Notes: a model not told the origin generated them from the letters alone. Positions 1-9,874 are shown, numbered from the stretch's first letter. The stretch is DNA of 64,000 nt from Hyphomicrobiaceae bacterium (GCA_025359165.1 JANYHG010000063.1:4561-68560); one strand, 5' to 3'. A program made the numbers and translations.

Positions 1-11
1 TGCATTTTTTT

Positions 12-587
12 TCATTTTTGCCGGCCTTCTACGCCGAAAACATCAAACCGAATGTCGAGTGTGCCACGCAGCTCTTCGTTGCCAACCCAAGTTCCGGTCA
101 ATGGCGAGACCTGCAAGGCGTCGACAATCAGCACTCGCCGATGTTCTTCGATTGCAATCAGGATCCGACGGAGGCTCTCGATCGTCGCAACCAAGTTCAT
201 CTGGACGCCTAACATCCGCAGCTCATTGCGCTCGCGGGCCGGTAGGTTGCGGATACTCCGCGGCTTGACGCCATTCGCAGAGATGATCTCGGCCAGAAGC
301 GATTGCAAGTTGGCCATACGGATCGACTCGCTTTCGCCGTCGAGAAACAAGCCTTTTCCGTGCGCCGTGGTGGTGGCGCTGTCGAACTCACGCGCGGCGG
401 TCTCATCACGGCCAATGGCGCTGAGACGACCGAGCGTCAAACGCTCCTGCTCTATTCTGTCTTGGAGATCGGTGACTTTCGTGTGGACCGGTACGATCGT
501 CAAAAGGCAAACGGCGGTGATTGCAAGAGCAAGCAAAGCGAGGGCCAGCAGCTGTCGAATGGGCTTGGCGAGATTGTATAAACTCAT
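12..587 (-). CDS. Type II secretion system protein M-like (GspM-like)
   Basis: 191-aa ORF with one N-terminal TM helix (LLALALLALAITAVCLLTIV) followed by a soluble domain. Its ATG overlaps the stop of the upstream GspL-like gene (ATGA at 584-587), with GGAGG 7 nt upstream. Assigned by size, topology and position, not by a strong motif. Confidence 0.5.
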   Translation of the reverse strand: MSLYNLAKPIRQLLALALLALAITAVCLLTIVPVHTKVTDLQDRIEQERLTLGRLSAIGRDETAAREFDSATTTAHGKGLFLDGESESIRMANLQSLLAEIISANGVKPRSIRNLPARERNELRMLGVQMNLVATIESLRRILIAIEEHRRVLIVDALQVSPLTGTWVGNEELRGTLDIRFDVFGVEGRQK

Positions 588-1843
588 CGGCTGACCTCCG
601 GCGCAGTCTCGAGGTTCGTCGCGGCTTTTCTGATCTGCACCCTGATGCTGAAACGATCCTTATCTTCGCGCGGGTCGAAGGTCAGTGGGGCGGTTGGTGT
701 AGCGTTCACGAACATGGTCGAACGCTCCAAGATCGGCACCAGAGTTGCGGCTGCCTTGGCGAAACCCGAAATGTCTACCGTTGCACCATCGATCTTGAGA
801 TCCGTGACCCAGGCGCTATCCGGCAATAACCGCGTCAGCTCCTCAATGACGGATAATTTTGTAACCGTGTCGGCTCGCAACCGATAAAAATTGGATATCT
901 CGGTAAACGCGGATTGGGACTTGGCGAGCGCTTCACGTACCGTTTTGGCCTTTATTTTCTGGCGTTCCGTCTGGCTTTGTATCTCCAGCAACGCCGCCTC
1001 GTGCTTCTGGATCAAAAGGAATGTACCGAGGCCTAAAAGCCCGCCAATTGCCGCCACCATCACCCAAACGCTTCGGTTCGTGGCGCTGGCTGATTTGCCC
1101 ACGCTTTCGCGATCCAAAAAGTTTATCGGCATCGCCCGTTCGGCGTCGGCATCCCAACAGTCGATACGTTCGACCTCCAGGCCGGCGCCATCGATTGCCG
1201 CCCGCAAGGGGTCGACAGCTCGACGCTTCACTACAAGCTGGCGGACCCACACTTTGCCGGCGCTGGCTGGCGTCGTCTCCAAGACATGAGCCAGATAGAC
1301 GTCGGTGATCTTGAACGGCATCGTGCGTTCAAAATCTAGCGTCAGGAGAGTTCGAAAATCGTTCGCGGCACCGATCGGCAGTTCCGAGCGCCGAACGAAA
1401 TAGGCGCTGGCGGGCAGCCGGAGACTGACGCCCGTCGCCGCGCCGGCGCGGGCCAAGTCGGCCAAACTCGCGAGAACTTCGTGTTGCGGTCGCATCGCCA
1501 ACTGTCGCGCCGCCGGAGACAGGTCCGGCGAGGATCGAAGGTCGAAAAGCCCGAGTCCATCGGAACCTGCACAGACGAGATACCGCCCGGCCGATGCTGC
1601 TGATTTACGCCGCGATGCACCCGATACAATACCAACGAGTTCACCTCCCCACCAACTGAGGAAGCGATTGACGCCAGACCAGGTTGGTGTGGACGCGGAA
1701 CGCACGTTAGTTAAAACTTTCCTGCTACGGCCCTGCCGACCCACAGTGTCGATTAAATTTATGAAGGATTCTGTTTCGACTTCGCGATGTGTTAAAAGGC
1801 ATCGGAGTATATTGCAACGTACCGGACCGACGTCGACCTCCAC
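584..1843 (-). CDS. Type II secretion system protein L-like (GspL/PilN-type bitopic assembly protein)
   Basis: Maximal ORF of 419 aa (GTG at 1843). It has a large N-terminal cytoplasmic part, one TM (VWVMVAAIGGLLGLGTFLLI) and a C-terminal part of about 130 aa. It is translationally coupled to the GspM-like gene. The real start is probably downstream (GTG at 1744 or 1705), because 1843 leaves only about 12 nt to the divergent gspE. Confidence 0.5.
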   Translation of the reverse strand: MEVDVGPVRCNILRCLLTHREVETESFINLIDTVGRQGRSRKVLTNVRSASTPTWSGVNRFLSWWGGELVGIVSGASRRKSAASAGRYLVCAGSDGLGLFDLRSSPDLSPAARQLAMRPQHEVLASLADLARAGAATGVSLRLPASAYFVRRSELPIGAANDFRTLLTLDFERTMPFKITDVYLAHVLETTPASAGKVWVRQLVVKRRAVDPLRAAIDGAGLEVERIDCWDADAERAMPINFLDRESVGKSASATNRSVWVMVAAIGGLLGLGTFLLIQKHEAALLEIQSQTERQKIKAKTVREALAKSQSAFTEISNFYRLRADTVTKLSVIEELTRLLPDSAWVTDLKIDGATVDISGFAKAAATLVPILERSTMFVNATPTAPLTFDPREDKDRFSIRVQIRKAATNLETAPEVSR

Positions 1844-1855
1844 TATTAAGTATAT

Positions 1856-3673
1856 TTGCTAATGAAGGGTACCATGCTTCAGCCCGACCAAACAAAAACT
1901 CGTGCTGTCGATCCACGAAGTGACGCATTTGTTACGTCCTTCGGCTCTTTCCTGCTGGACGGCAAAATACTCGACGAGTTGGCCGTACGGCGCGCGCAAC
2001 GTGCCGTCAGCCAGTCCGGCGAGCGTTTCGACGTCGTGCTGATCCGGCTTGGTCTGCTTTCCGACAGCCTACTCGCCAAGGCGTTCGCCGAATTTTATGG
2101 TCTGCGCCTGGCGTCGCCGGATGACTTCCCGGAGACCGCGTTACTTGCTGACATTGTGCCATTCTCATTCCTCAAGGCAAATCGCCTGCTGCCCATCGAG
2201 GAGACGGCAGAACGTCTTGACGTTGCAGTCGCTAATCCATTCAATCTCGATGCGATTGCAGCATTGGCGTTCATGATCGAACGGCCGGTCGATTTCCGAA
2301 TTGCCGCCGAAGGCGATATCGACAGCGCCATTACGCGCCTCTACGGTGCCGGTGTCATCAAATCGGAGGCGGTGGACCGGCCGGAGGCCAGTGGTCGCGA
2401 AACAGCCATCGAGGACGATGTTCGCCGTCTTGAAGATATGGCCAGCGAGGCGCCGGTAATCCGGCTCGTGCACGACCTGATCGTCAGAGGCGTCGATCAG
2501 CAAGCGTCGGATATTCACATCGAGCCGCGTGAAGATAGCGTGCGCGTGCGATTCCGCATCGATGGCGCGCTTCATCTGGTCGAAACACTCGGGCTTGCAC
2601 TCAGAGCCGCGATCGGCTCGCGTATCAAGATCATGGCGCGGTTGAATATCGCCGAGAGACGCTTGCCACAGGACGGTCGCATCAAAGTCAACGTGCGAGG
2701 ACGGGAAGTCGACCTCCGCGTATCCACAATGCCGACGTTGTGGGGTGAAAGTCTGGTTTTGCGCATCCTTGACCGGGCGAGCGTCGAGCTCGACTTTTTG
2801 AAACTTGGTTTTTCGGGTTCATCGCATCAAAAATTTTCCGGCTTACTGGCTGAGCCTAACGGTATCATCCTGGTCACGGGTCCGACAGGCAGCGGGAAGA
2901 CAACGACCCTCTACACCGCGCTCAAGGGTCTGAACTCGGTGCAGCGAAAGATTTTCACAGTCGAAGATCCGATCGAATACCAATTACCCGGCATCAATCA
3001 GATCCAGGTTCACCCCAAGATCGGGCTTACTTTCGCGACTTCACTTCGTTCGATTTTGCGACAGGATCCAGATATCATTATGGTGGGCGAAATGCGCGAC
3101 CTGGAAACAGCGCAAGTCGCTATTCAAGCATCGCTGACAGGCCACCTCGTGTTGTCGACGGTGCATACGAACAGTGCAGCAGCGACAATTACGCGCCTCC
3201 TCGATATGGGCGTCGAAAAGTACCTGCTGGCCTCATGTCTGAAGGGCGTGGTTGCGCAACGTCTCGTCCGCCGATTGTGCGAGGCGTGCGCTAAACCAGT
3301 CACCGACACCAAGGCAGCACTCGGCTTTGCGCAAGCAGCTGGGATCGACATCGAGACAGCGCTCGGGGGGGAAGCGCCGCGCTTGCGTAAAGCTGTCGGA
3401 TGTCCCGCGTGCAGGCAGACCGGTTTCGCTGGCCGCACGACAATATTCGAGATACTCAGCATATCGCACAACGTTCGAAGTGCGATCTTGGCATCGAGCC
3501 CGGAACGGACTCTGGAGGTCGCAGGCGTCGCAGACGGCATGCATACGCTGCTTCAGAACGGCCTGACGAAAGCTCTATGCGGCGAAACTACTCCTGAAGA
3601 AGTGCTGCGTGTAACCAGGTTCGAGGAATGCCAAGATACGTTTACAGATCCTACGATCAACGCGGCGTCCTGA
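1856..3673 (+). CDS. gspE: Type II secretion ATPase GspE
   Basis: Walker A GPTGSGKTTT, Asp box DPDIIMVGEMRD, His box TGHLVLSTVHTN, and the tetracysteine motif CEAC...CPAC typical of GspE. An N-terminal T2SSE_N-like domain is present. Start is TTG 1856, ATG 1862 or ATG 1874. Confidence 0.92.
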   Translation: MLMKGTMLQPDQTKTRAVDPRSDAFVTSFGSFLLDGKILDELAVRRAQRAVSQSGERFDVVLIRLGLLSDSLLAKAFAEFYGLRLASPDDFPETALLADIVPFSFLKANRLLPIEETAERLDVAVANPFNLDAIAALAFMIERPVDFRIAAEGDIDSAITRLYGAGVIKSEAVDRPEASGRETAIEDDVRRLEDMASEAPVIRLVHDLIVRGVDQQASDIHIEPREDSVRVRFRIDGALHLVETLGLALRAAIGSRIKIMARLNIAERRLPQDGRIKVNVRGREVDLRVSTMPTLWGESLVLRILDRASVELDFLKLGFSGSSHQKFSGLLAEPNGIILVTGPTGSGKTTTLYTALKGLNSVQRKIFTVEDPIEYQLPGINQIQVHPKIGLTFATSLRSILRQDPDIIMVGEMRDLETAQVAIQASLTGHLVLSTVHTNSAAATITRLLDMGVEKYLLASCLKGVVAQRLVRRLCEACAKPVTDTKAALGFAQAAGIDIETALGGEAPRLRKAVGCPACRQTGFAGRTTIFEILSISHNVRSAILASSPERTLEVAGVADGMHTLLQNGLTKALCGETTPEEVLRVTRFEECQDTFTDPTINAAS

Positions 3674-4857
3674 AGCAAGGTTCGCTCGACACACAGTCGC
3701 GCGAAGCCGCTCTCGAGGCGTTGCATCGTCAAGGCCATTTCGCTCTCGAAGTCAGAGAGGGCGAGGCTGCGTCCGATGATAAAAAATGGTGGGAACGCGA
3801 GGTTTTCGGCAGCGGGCATCTGTCGCTGACTGATCTGAGCCTGTTCACGCATGAACTCGCATCGCTCGTCAAAGCCGATCTGCCGCTCGACGAAGCGCTT
3901 CGTATCGTCAGCCTGCAACCGTTGATGTCCACCAAGATTCGCAAGGTGACACGGAGGCTCCTCGACAGCATCAGGGAGGGCAATTCGCTGTCGGGAGCGC
4001 TTGCAGCGAGCGGGACGGATTTTCCTGAATACTATTGGCGCCTCATTCAAGCGGGAGAGGCGAGTGGTTCGGTTGGAGAAGTTCTCGACGATATTTCGGC
4101 ATTTCTAGACCGCTCGAGCGAGATGCGCGGCCAGATCGGATCGGCACTTGTTTATCCAATGATCCTGCTGGCGGCCGCTGGCGGCGCAGTCGCCATCATC
4201 ATGACTGTGCTATTGCCCACGCTATTGCCGCTGTTCAAGGATGCCGGGGCGACGCTGCCGCCGACGTTGAAATTGATGGTCGACGTGCAAGCGTGGTGCG
4301 CCGGGAATTGGCCCATTATCATCGTTGCCGTCGTAGGATGCCTGGTGGCCGCCATTGCGGCGAGCCAAAGTCAATCTCTAAAACAGAGCGTCCATCGCGC
4401 CCTGTTACGCCTTCCAATCATCGGGCACGTCATCGCCAATCGAGAAACAGCACGTTTTTGTCGAACATTGGCGACGCTCACTCGAAATGGCGTGCCGTTG
4501 CTCGATGCTGTCCGACTGTCGGGTAGCGTGCTTCGGAACAGCGCGTTCCTGGTTGCGGTTGCCGATGTGGGCGAAACGCTGAAGGCCGGCTCTTCGCTGG
4601 CATCGCCCCTTACTCAGTCCGGGTTGTTCTCGGAGCTTTCGCTGCGCCTGATCGCCATCGGCGAGCAAACGGGACAGCTCGATGTCATGCTCATGCGCGT
4701 CGCAGTTATATATGAGGCAATGCTTCAACGACAACTCAGCCGACTGACGGGCTTGATCACTCCCGTCCTGACTTTGATCATCGGCGGCTTGGTGGGCGGA
4801 TTGATCCTCTCGGTCATGAACGCCATCCTCAGTGTCAACGACCTGGCATTCAAATGA
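3628..4857 (+). CDS. gspF: Type II secretion inner-membrane platform protein GspF
   Basis: 409 aa with two GspF-type repeats and 3 predicted TM segments. N-terminus MPRYVYRSYDQRGVLKQGSL is typical of GspF/PilC. Overlaps the gspE 3' end by 46 nt. Confidence 0.9.
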   Translation: MPRYVYRSYDQRGVLKQGSLDTQSREAALEALHRQGHFALEVREGEAASDDKKWWEREVFGSGHLSLTDLSLFTHELASLVKADLPLDEALRIVSLQPLMSTKIRKVTRRLLDSIREGNSLSGALAASGTDFPEYYWRLIQAGEASGSVGEVLDDISAFLDRSSEMRGQIGSALVYPMILLAAAGGAVAIIMTVLLPTLLPLFKDAGATLPPTLKLMVDVQAWCAGNWPIIIVAVVGCLVAAIAASQSQSLKQSVHRALLRLPIIGHVIANRETARFCRTLATLTRNGVPLLDAVRLSGSVLRNSAFLVAVADVGETLKAGSSLASPLTQSGLFSELSLRLIAIGEQTGQLDVMLMRVAVIYEAMLQRQLSRLTGLITPVLTLIIGGLVGGLILSVMNAILSVNDLAFK

Positions 4858-5330
4858 CGACGTCGCGCATCACCGAACGACGGGCGAGAGGCGAAAACGG
4901 CTTTACGCTGCTCGAATTACTGATCACTTTGGCAGTTTTCGCCGGGGTGACGCTGATGGCATTGCCACGGTTTGGCGGCTCGAAATCGCGCATTTCATTG
5001 CATAGCCTCGGCATCCAGTTGGGGTCGGAATTCCGCGCGACGCGTTCGGCTGCGCTATGGAGCAATGTGGAAAAAAGGGTTTCGATCAGCCGTGATGGCC
5101 GCTGGTTCTGGTCTGATGCGCGTGCAAATCGTCGACATATTCCCGAGGAGATCGAGGTGCGAATTTCTGGTGCGGGCTTCGCGACAAGCGACGAACACAC
5201 GCACACTCTCAGGTTTCTGCCTGATGGCAGCAGCGGACTGGGGCGTGTTCTACTCCGGGAGGGGAAACAGTCGGTCGTGATTACGATCGATAGCACGACA
5301 GGCGCGACCGAAATGGCGTGGATCAACTGA
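4854..5330 (+). CDS. gspH: Minor pseudopilin, GspH-like
   Basis: Prepilin motif G|FTLLELL with Glu at +5 and a hydrophobic helix (ITLAVFAGVTLMAL). 158 aa. ATGA overlap with the gspF stop. The H assignment is by order and size. Confidence 0.65.
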   Translation: MTTSRITERRARGENGFTLLELLITLAVFAGVTLMALPRFGGSKSRISLHSLGIQLGSEFRATRSAALWSNVEKRVSISRDGRWFWSDARANRRHIPEEIEVRISGAGFATSDEHTHTLRFLPDGSSGLGRVLLREGKQSVVITIDSTTGATEMAWIN

Positions 5331-5332
5331 CG

Positions 5333-5725
5333 ATGTCTGATCGATGTGCGGGGTTCACACTTATAGAAACGCTGGTCGCTCTGGTGATTTTCGCAGCTGT
5401 GTTCGCTGCGCTCACGGCCAATTTGTCAGGCGGTAGCCGCGGACTGCGTCTGGCTCAAATGGACCAACGCGCTCTCATGTTGGCCAAAACAAAATTGGCG
5501 GCTGCGGGTGTCGAAGGACGGCTTGAAGATGGCCAACAAGAGCTCGGCGATGAAGACGGCTTTTCCTGGCGCGTCAACGTTCAACGCGCGGCAAATACTG
5601 AAGACTCTAAAGATCGCCAATTGAAAGCATTTTGGGTCTTGGTCGACGTCAGTTGGCAAGACGGCACTTTGCGGAGGATCCGAACAACAGAACTTAAGGG
5701 CCTTAAATTGAGTGCCGCTCCGTGA
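5333..5725 (+). CDS. gspI: Minor pseudopilin, GspI-like
   Basis: Short leader MSDRCAG|FTLIETLVALVIFAAV. About 130 aa, the usual GspI size. The ORF track starts at GTG 5318, but ATG 5333 gives a canonical 7-aa leader. Confidence 0.65.
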   Translation: MSDRCAGFTLIETLVALVIFAAVFAALTANLSGGSRGLRLAQMDQRALMLAKTKLAAAGVEGRLEDGQQELGDEDGFSWRVNVQRAANTEDSKDRQLKAFWVLVDVSWQDGTLRRIRTTELKGLKLSAAP

Positions 5726-6354
5726 GCCCTGGTCAAGAACATACAGAATGCAGTGACGCTGGCTTCACGCTTATCGAAGTGCTGATTTCGATCGTACTGC
5801 TTGCTCTTATTCTGGTGTCCACCCAGACAGCCCTACGATTTGGACAACGGTCGTGGGAGTCTGCCGACGATATCGGTCATGACGAGCGAGATACCGCTGC
5901 GATCAGATACATCGAACAACTCCTCGCGCAAACGGCACCGCTTTACGAGCGAGAGGCCGACGGTCGCAATCGCGTCGCTTTTCAGGGCACCAAAAACGCG
6001 ATCCGTTTCATCGCGCCGTCCAGTGTCGGCGGGGATGGTGGCGGACTTTACAGGTTCGAAATATCAGCGGAGTCGCGGGCGGAAGGCGGTCAAAGTCTGG
6101 TTTTGAGTTCAGTTCTCTACCAGCCGCTCGAACCAAGTGGCGTTGCCGACCGACGCGTCCTGATTCCAGAATTCGAAAACTTCAGCCTCCGCTATCTGGG
6201 TCGAACGAAGCCGAACGGTGAGCCGACGTGGGTGGCTGACTGGAGTAGAAACGATGTACTCCCAAATCTGGTCGAAGTCCGTTTTGTGACGCGGCACCGC
6301 AGTTGGGTGAAGCCGTCCGTTCTACAGGTCGAACTCCGGCTCCGACCGCCGTGA
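5722..6354 (+). CDS. gspJ: Minor pseudopilin, GspJ-like
   Basis: Prepilin motif SDAG|FTLIEVLISIVLLALILV. 210 aa. GTGA overlap with the gspI stop. Confidence 0.6.
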   Translation: MSPGQEHTECSDAGFTLIEVLISIVLLALILVSTQTALRFGQRSWESADDIGHDERDTAAIRYIEQLLAQTAPLYEREADGRNRVAFQGTKNAIRFIAPSSVGGDGGGLYRFEISAESRAEGGQSLVLSSVLYQPLEPSGVADRRVLIPEFENFSLRYLGRTKPNGEPTWVADWSRNDVLPNLVEVRFVTRHRSWVKPSVLQVELRLRPP

Positions 6355-6385
6355 TGGCGGTCGGGTTACACACGCGCATCCGATC

Positions 6386-6787
6386 TCAGTTCGATACATC
6401 CTGGTCTTCACCCACCCCCCCTGGGGCATTGTCGCGACCGAGGGTAAAAATCTCCGGCTGTCCGTTTTTTCCAGGAAACCGGTATTGATATGGACGGCCC
6501 CAGGGGTCAATCAAACCATCGGCGCTTCTCAGATAGGGTCCCTTCCATCGCGTCGTGCCAGGAGGTTGCTGCATCAACGCGCCCAATCCGACCTGGGCAG
6601 GCGGATAAGTCGAATTGTCCAATGCATAAAGCTCGAGTGCGGTAGCGACCGCAGAAATCTGTGCCCTCGCGGTGTCGGTTCGCGCCTTACCAAGGTAGCG
6701 CAGAACTTGCGGCCCAGCGATCGTCGCAAGCAAAGCGATGATACCGAGAACGACGAGCAATTCCAGGAGCGTAAATCCCGCATCAGA
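6386..6787 (-). CDS. gspG: Major pseudopilin GspG
   Basis: SDAG|FTLLELLVVLGIIALLATIAGPQVLRYLGKARTDTARAQI, plus a C-terminal GspG signature (WKGPYL, DPWGRPYQYRFPGKNGQPEIFTLGRD). A GTG at 6787 gives a 5-aa leader MSDAG. The maximal ORF extends to ATG 6874, which would give a 33-aa leader and is less likely. Confidence 0.88.
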   Translation of the reverse strand, partial: SDAGFTLLELLVVLGIIALLATIAGPQVLRYLGKARTDTARAQISAVATALELYALDNSTYPPAQVGLGALMQQPPGTTRWKGPYLRSADGLIDPWGRPYQYRFPGKNGQPEIFTLGRDNAPGGVGEDQDVSN

Positions 6788-6920
6788 CACGCAATGGCAC
6801 CCATGTCTGCAGGCTGTGCGCGATAAGCGATTGCCACACAAACGATGGGCTTTGCTTTTTGGCTTAGGGATCATAACGGCCTCCAGAAATCAACGCATGG
6901 GCCCATCATAGATGATGCAA

Positions 6921-7523
6921 TCAGTCCATCGGACCGTACAGCCATACAATCCAGATACCGAACGCAAGAAAAGGGCCAAACGGTATTCGCGTCGACAATG
7001 TTGCCTGCTTGCCGAATAGCGCGGCCAAAAGAACCGCGCTCAGGGCAGCACCAGCGGCAAGCAGTAGAACGGCGGGAAGACCAGCGAGACCGACCCACGC
7101 GCCGGCACCTGCAAAAAGCTTGGCGTCACCCAATCCCAAACCCGGCCGGTGACGCAGGCGTTCGTAAACCTCGGCGACAGCGAACAGAACAGCATAACCA
7201 AGAACGGCCGCAATCGACCGCTCCAACGCGTCATCGTTTCGAATTGCAACACTGAACGTCAAGCCGGCAAGAACGAGCGGAAGCGTCAGCAGGTCGGGCA
7301 GGCGATGATGATAAAGATCGATGGTACTCAACGCCACAAGTGCAGACATCAGCACAAGAGAAGCTACTAAGATGCCCCGCGACGGCGCGCTATCGAACAG
7401 TGCGGGTGCCGCAAGAGCGAGATAAAAAGCGATAAATGCGCAGGCGGCAATCGTCGTTCGGGGCGACGGGAAGCCCATTATTTCGGTTGAGTACCACCTA
7501 GACAGCACACTTCGTCCTTTCAA
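6921..7523 (-). CDS. Prepilin peptidase, A24 family, short form
   Basis: Polytopic membrane protein carrying the two A24 Asp motifs (STIDLYHHRLPD and GLGDAKLFAGAG). At most 200 aa (185 aa from the ATG at 7478). I see no N-terminal Cys-rich or methyltransferase region. Confidence 0.8.
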   Translation of the reverse strand: MKGRSVLSRWYSTEIMGFPSPRTTIAACAFIAFYLALAAPALFDSAPSRGILVASLVLMSALVALSTIDLYHHRLPDLLTLPLVLAGLTFSVAIRNDDALERSIAAVLGYAVLFAVAEVYERLRHRPGLGLGDAKLFAGAGAWVGLAGLPAVLLLAAGAALSAVLLAALFGKQATLSTRIPFGPFLAFGIWIVWLYGPMD

Positions 7524-7797
7524 AACCTCAGGTTTTCACAATCCCGGTATCACCTTCTTCAGTGTCACGTGTCCGCAAAATAAATATTATTTCAAGTTCG
7601 CTGTTGCAGTGTCCAATTCTCCGGATACACTCACACACATTTTACGGAGGTGCGCGTGCGGGGCCAATGTTGGTGAAATTTATAGTTGATGGCTCTTCTC
7701 TACCCCCGTCGAAGGGTCGCCACCGCGCGATCACCGTACGCCTCGAAGATGACTTTCTAGCCCCGACTTCTAACTTGTCCGCTCCCGCCTGGCAGCC

Positions 7798-9234
7798 ATG
7801 ACCTGGACACGTCGCGCTCGTGAACGTTGGAGCGCGTTGACGCTTGCGATGCAGTTCGCGATCGCAACCTCAATCGTCGTCAGTGCCTTTATGGCGCTCC
7901 TTGCGACTTGGGTCAGCTCGAGAATCGAAGACGGTGTCGTCGAGAACACGGCGATCACGACAGCCCTCTACATGGAAAGTCTGCTCACACCGGTTTTGCA
8001 ACCATTGGCAAACGAAGCTAACTTATCGCCCCACGCGCAGACCTCGCTCAATCGCATTCTAACTGAAACCCCGCTGGGTCGCGAAATCGTCACCATCAAG
8101 ATCTGGGCTGCACCGTCACGCAGACCATCACTGACGCGAGTAGTTCTTTACAGCAACGCTCCTGAGTTTTCAGGCAAAACGTTCCCACAGTCCCTGTCCT
8201 TCAAACGGGCAGCCAGTGGCCGGGTCGTCAAGTCTTTCAGCACCGGCGACCAAGATGAAAACGCCTCCGAGGCGCGACAGGGTCCACAACTGCTTGAGAT
8301 ATACACGCCGATCTATGAGCACGGTACGCGACGCGTCATCGCCATCGCCCAATTCTATCAGAAGACGGAGACGCTTCAGGCGAGCATCCGCGCCGCGCGA
8401 CAGCAGACGGTCCTCGTGGTGGGCGGCGCTACAATCACGATGCTCGCGATTTTGTTCGCGATTGTACATCAAGGCAGCCGTACCATCACAACGCAACGGG
8501 CGTCCCTGGAGCAGCGTGTCGACGAGCTGTTCGGCGCGCTCAACCACAACGAAGAATTGAGACAAAACCTCATTCATGCAACTCGCCGGACAGGCGAAAC
8601 AAATGAACGCCTGTTGCGACGCGTTGGTGCGGAGTTGCACGACGGGCCGGCGCAACTCGTCGGACTAACGCTCTTGCGCTTCGATGCCATTCATCCAGCC
8701 GACACAACGCTTAGCGTAGCAGAGAAGACCAATGTTTTCGAGATTTTGCGCGCGGCGCTGGTTGACGCCATCGATGAGATCCGCAACATTTCAGCAGACA
8801 TCGCGCCGCCACACCTCGGCGACATGAAATTGGCAACGGCCCTCGAATTGGCCGTTCGCAATCACGAGAAGCGAACCGGCACACAGGTGGAACGCAATTT
8901 TGGTAAACTTCCCGATACCATTCCATCGATTGTTAAAATAAGTTTATATAGATTTACTCAAGAGGGGCTGAATAACGCTTTCAAGCATGCGGGAGGTGTC
9001 GGCCAGAAAGTTGATGCAGCATTTCGAGAGGGTGTCATATGTGTCGAGGTATGCGATGGGGGGGCGGGCATTGATGCGGCAGACGTCGACCGCTCGAATG
9101 GCCTGGGACTTGCAGGCCTTCGAGATCGAATTGAAGCTCTCGATGGAAAACTGGAATTCAATTCAGTATTAGGCTCTGGGACGAAGTTGATCGCGAAATT
9201 TAATTTAGTTAGGGGAAGTGAGCCAGATGGCTAG
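7798..9234 (+). CDS. Sensor histidine kinase, HisKA_3 (NarX/DegS-type)
   Basis: Two TM helices flank an extracytoplasmic domain of about 170 aa. H-box ELHDGPAQ, N-box EGLNNAFKH, G-boxes DGGAGI and GLGLAGLRDR. Confidence 0.88.
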   Translation: MTWTRRARERWSALTLAMQFAIATSIVVSAFMALLATWVSSRIEDGVVENTAITTALYMESLLTPVLQPLANEANLSPHAQTSLNRILTETPLGREIVTIKIWAAPSRRPSLTRVVLYSNAPEFSGKTFPQSLSFKRAASGRVVKSFSTGDQDENASEARQGPQLLEIYTPIYEHGTRRVIAIAQFYQKTETLQASIRAARQQTVLVVGGATITMLAILFAIVHQGSRTITTQRASLEQRVDELFGALNHNEELRQNLIHATRRTGETNERLLRRVGAELHDGPAQLVGLTLLRFDAIHPADTTLSVAEKTNVFEILRAALVDAIDEIRNISADIAPPHLGDMKLATALELAVRNHEKRTGTQVERNFGKLPDTIPSIVKISLYRFTQEGLNNAFKHAGGVGQKVDAAFREGVICVEVCDGGAGIDAADVDRSNGLGLAGLRDRIEALDGKLEFNSVLGSGTKLIAKFNLVRGSEPDG

Positions 9235-9874
9235 CCGTATCCGCGTTGTCGTCGTCGATGATCATCCGCTATTGCGCGACGGGGTCATCTTTGTGCTCAA
9301 GAATTCCAAACTTTTCGATGTGGTGGGTGAGGGCCGATGCTTGGCCGACGCGGTTGAGCAAGCGCAGAAAACCATTCCGGACATCATATTTCTGGATGTC
9401 AGCATGCCGGGCGGCGGTATCGTTGCGGCGGCGCATATCACCGCCACCAATCCGGCGATTCGCTGCGTCATGCTTACGGTCTCGGAGCAGGAGGAAGATG
9501 TCGCGGCTTCGCTCAAAGCTGGTGCCCGCGGCTACATCCTGAAGGGTACAAGCGGTCCGGAGTTAGTTCGGATAGCGCAATCTATACATGAGGGCGAGAG
9601 CTACGTTACGCCGGGATTGGCGGCTCGGTTACTTGCACAAGTGCAGCAAGCAGTAATTCATCAACCTGCAAAAGACGCTAACTCCGATCTGACTTATCGC
9701 GAGGAACAGGTATTAGACCATGTCAGCCGCGGCCTCACGAATAAGGAAATAGCGAATTCGCTTTCACTGAGCGAGAAGACGGTCAAGCACTATATGACTA
9801 ATATCATGCAGAAGCTCAATGTCCGCAATCGCGTGGAAGCGGTTTTGACCTCACGCCCGAAGGTCATCAACTAG
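9227..9874 (+). CDS. Response regulator, NarL/FixJ (LuxR HTH) family
   Basis: Receiver motifs VVVDDHPLLRDG, FLDVSMPG and GYILKG. LuxR-type HTH LTYREEQVLDHVSRGLTNKEIANSLSLSEKTVKHYMTNIMQKL. ATG 9227 overlaps the kinase stop (9232-9234) by 8 nt. Confidence 0.9.
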   Translation: MASRIRVVVVDDHPLLRDGVIFVLKNSKLFDVVGEGRCLADAVEQAQKTIPDIIFLDVSMPGGGIVAAAHITATNPAIRCVMLTVSEQEEDVAASLKAGARGYILKGTSGPELVRIAQSIHEGESYVTPGLAARLLAQVQQAVIHQPAKDANSDLTYREEQVLDHVSRGLTNKEIANSLSLSEKTVKHYMTNIMQKLNVRNRVEAVLTSRPKVIN

